Positions 17,542 to 19,692 of a stretch of 19,692 nucleotides of DNA are shown piece by piece (position 1 is the first letter of the stretch; every line of letters starts with the position of its first letter). The position numbers were made by a program, and so were the translations under genes. The notes beneath the pieces are model-generated. The model searched no databases, had not been told where the DNA came from, and saw nothing but the letters and a program-made list of their open reading frames with translations. The DNA is from a virus (taxonomy: Duplodnaviria > Heunggongvirae > Uroviricota > Caudoviricetes), in the IMG/VR virus record IMGVR_UViG_2778261637_000010, positions 1 to 19,692 of that record; one strand, given 5' to 3'.

Positions 17542-19692
17542 ATGACAGACATTACAGCCAATGTGATCGTATCGATGCCTTCGCAACTCTTCACTATGGC
17601 GCGTTCTTTTAAAGCGGTTGCCAATGGCAAAATTTATATCGGAAAAATTGACACTGACCCGGTAAATCCTGAAAACCAGATTCAGGTTTATGTGGAGAAC
17701 GAAGACGGCTCTCATGTTCCCGTTTCGCAACCAATCATCATTAACGCTGCTGGATATCCGGTATATAACGGGCAGATTGCCAAATTCGTAACTGTGCAAG
17801 GCCATTCTATGGCTGTATATGATGCATATGGCACTCAGCAGTTTTATTTTCCTAATGTGCTGAAGTATGACCCTGATCAACTACGGCAGCAATTAGAAGA
17901 CCCGGATGGAGCTAAAAAATATCCTGAATTGCAGATATCTCGGTGGAGGGACGATTGTGATGTAAGAGGGTGGGGGGCAAAAGGCGATGGTATAACAGAT
18001 GACACATCTGCATTGATCTTGGCTGCAGAATATGCACGAGAATCATCCAGAACATTACGAGCGGAAGGTAATTTTATTATTACGGAGACATTAAATCTTC
18101 GTAATGTCAGCCTCGAAATGACCAATGCTGTTTTTACCATATCCCACTCAGGAATAGGGGTATTGCTTGGCGGGAATGCATCAAACCCTAACAACCCAAG
18201 ACAAAACTTCGGAACGATTATCAGAAATTCTGGTATTTCATCTGAAACGACACCGGATATTCGTATTATTGGGGCAAAAGGGCAGCATATAAACATTGAG
18301 CGTTGCGACTACTTACAGTTATATGCAAATTATAATGCTTCGGTGGCATCGACGGATTATTCAATAGCATACTCAACCTTTAACCTGAAAAAGGTCGATA
18401 CAATTCATTTTCTTGGAGTTGAGAACGGATGGATAAATGAAAACTATTTTTATCTGAATCGTACGAATAATATCATTTTCGCTGATAATCCATATCATCA
18501 TAACCACAATAAGTTTTATGGTGGAACTATGGAGGGGGCAGGTAAAATTGATATTCAAAGAGGTGATAACAATTACTTCTACGGGTTTCGTTTTGAACGA
18601 TATCCATCATCCCCAACTAACCAACAGTTGATAATTAACTTTGGTGAATATACGTGGAATAACTCAATTGAGGCTTCATGGTTAAGTTCTCCTTACTATA
18701 CAAATGAACCATACAATCCATCACCTTACACTTATGTAGAGGTAACTGATAATGGCAAGGGGAATGCAGTATTTCATGTTCAGGAAAATATATCCGATGA
18801 AGTAACATTGTTTTCTTTAAATGCTAACACCCCATTTATATCCAGTGCCAACAATGGAGAAGTTGGTGTATTAGCATATCAAACAGATGTAGATGGTTTA
18901 TATAATATCCGTCACCTAGTTTCTTCTAAGTTTGCTTTTATGCGGAATTTTGGGTTGTTATGGGAATCTGGAGATGTACCAGTAAGAAATGGTGATATGT
19001 TTACATTCTCAGCAGATACGGCATCGTTTCGCATTTACCTGTATGCATTAGATGGAGATGGGAATGTCATAACTTCACAAACAGAAGCAATAACTTCTTC
19101 TATGCAATGGGATTCATCTAACCATAGATATGCTACTGTTGCTAACATTTCTTCCATTAAGATCATGATTAATAATGAAGGGGTTCCAGTTAGTGCAATT
19201 CGTTTAGCTGTGTATTCTGGTGGTAATGTAGCGAATACTGCATTTTCATGGCTATGCTTAACTGGTAGATATTACAAAAATAGCACATCCTTACCAAGGA
19301 AAAGCAAAGATAACTTCACCTTAAAACAAGGAAAAGCAATTACTTATTATAGTGATACTGATATTAGTATGGCTAACATTGGTTCAGGAATTACCTGTTA
19401 TAAAACCGATTTATCTGAAATCAAAATTAATCTTGTAAGGGGCAGGTATGTAGTGAAATCAATTTCAGGCAGTGAAATATATGTATACCAAGGAACAGCC
19501 ACTTATTACCCTCCATTCAGTGATGTCAAATTGGTATATACGGATGGGGTTGAAAATAAATTATTAGATGTGCAAAACATCTCTTCAGGAAAGATTACTC
19601 TTGCAGATACAGTACCATCAGCTATATCTGCAGGTGATTTTGTAGATGTTATTGTTACGAAGACGAAGTCTATTTTATCCAGTGCGCCGTAA
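17542..19692 (+). CDS. 9: Tailspike protein, 716 aa: P22 gp9-type N-terminal head-binding domain fused to a divergent right-handed beta-helix receptor-binding domain
   Basis: N-terminal about 112 aa ([46 protein letters not shown]...NVLKYDPDQ) matches the P22 tailspike head-binding domain as recalled; downstream sequence is unrelated to P22 and contains [17 protein letters not shown] typical of pectate-lyase-fold depolymerases; ATG at 17542 after GGAG; TAA at 19690-19692 is the window end. Confidence 0.85.
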   Translation: MTDITANVIVSMPSQLFTMARSFKAVANGKIYIGKIDTDPVNPENQIQVYVENEDGSHVPVSQPIIINAAGYPVYNGQIAKFVTVQGHSMAVYDAYGTQQFYFPNVLKYDPDQLRQQLEDPDGAKKYPELQISRWRDDCDVRGWGAKGDGITDDTSALILAAEYARESSRTLRAEGNFIITETLNLRNVSLEMTNAVFTISHSGIGVLLGGNASNPNNPRQNFGTIIRNSGISSETTPDIRIIGAKGQHINIERCDYLQLYANYNASVASTDYSIAYSTFNLKKVDTIHFLGVENGWINENYFYLNRTNNIIFADNPYHHNHNKFYGGTMEGAGKIDIQRGDNNYFYGFRFERYPSSPTNQQLIINFGEYTWNNSIEASWLSSPYYTNEPYNPSPYTYVEVTDNGKGNAVFHVQENISDEVTLFSLNANTPFISSANNGEVGVLAYQTDVDGLYNIRHLVSSKFAFMRNFGLLWESGDVPVRNGDMFTFSADTASFRIYLYALDGDGNVITSQTEAITSSMQWDSSNHRYATVANISSIKIMINNEGVPVSAIRLAVYSGGNVANTAFSWLCLTGRYYKNSTSLPRKSKDNFTLKQGKAITYYSDTDISMANIGSGITCYKTDLSEIKINLVRGRYVVKSISGSEIYVYQGTATYYPPFSDVKLVYTDGVENKLLDVQNISSGKITLADTVPSAISAGDFVDVIVTKTKSILSSAP

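Noticed and set aside
17482-18558. Minus-strand ORFs of 61-139 aa overlapping the tailspike 5' half
   Set aside because: Antisense to the tailspike; AT-rich sequence generates spurious open frames.

Overview
This window is the late (morphogenesis) region of a P22-like short-tailed phage or prophage, read left to right on the + strand: an 80-aa ORF, small terminase (with a pac-like site inside it), large terminase, portal, scaffold, coat, a small EP-repeat ORF, gp4, gp10, gp26 tail needle, gp14, the three ejection proteins gp7/gp20/gp16, then the immI module (mnt leftward, arc and ant rightward) and a complete tailspike ending at the window edge. Gene order, lengths and several protein sequences match my memory of P22; no search was run. 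Four accessory or mosaic elements stand out. The most interesting is an AT-rich, leftward three-gene cassette between gp16 and mnt (a CxxC...CxxC protein, a single-pass membrane coiled-coil protein, and a signal-anchored small protein), the first two translationally coupled to mnt. It sits where P22 carries sieA and is my best candidate for an undescribed lysogen-expressed exclusion or defence module. The others are an HNH-AP2 homing-endonuclease gene inserted between large terminase and portal, a (GAGCCA)14 tandem repeat encoding an (EP)n tract, and a tailspike with a P22-type N-terminal head-binding domain fused to an AT-rich beta-helix receptor domain. No tRNA, CRISPR array or integrase was seen. 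GC figures are hand counts on a few 60-nt samples only.
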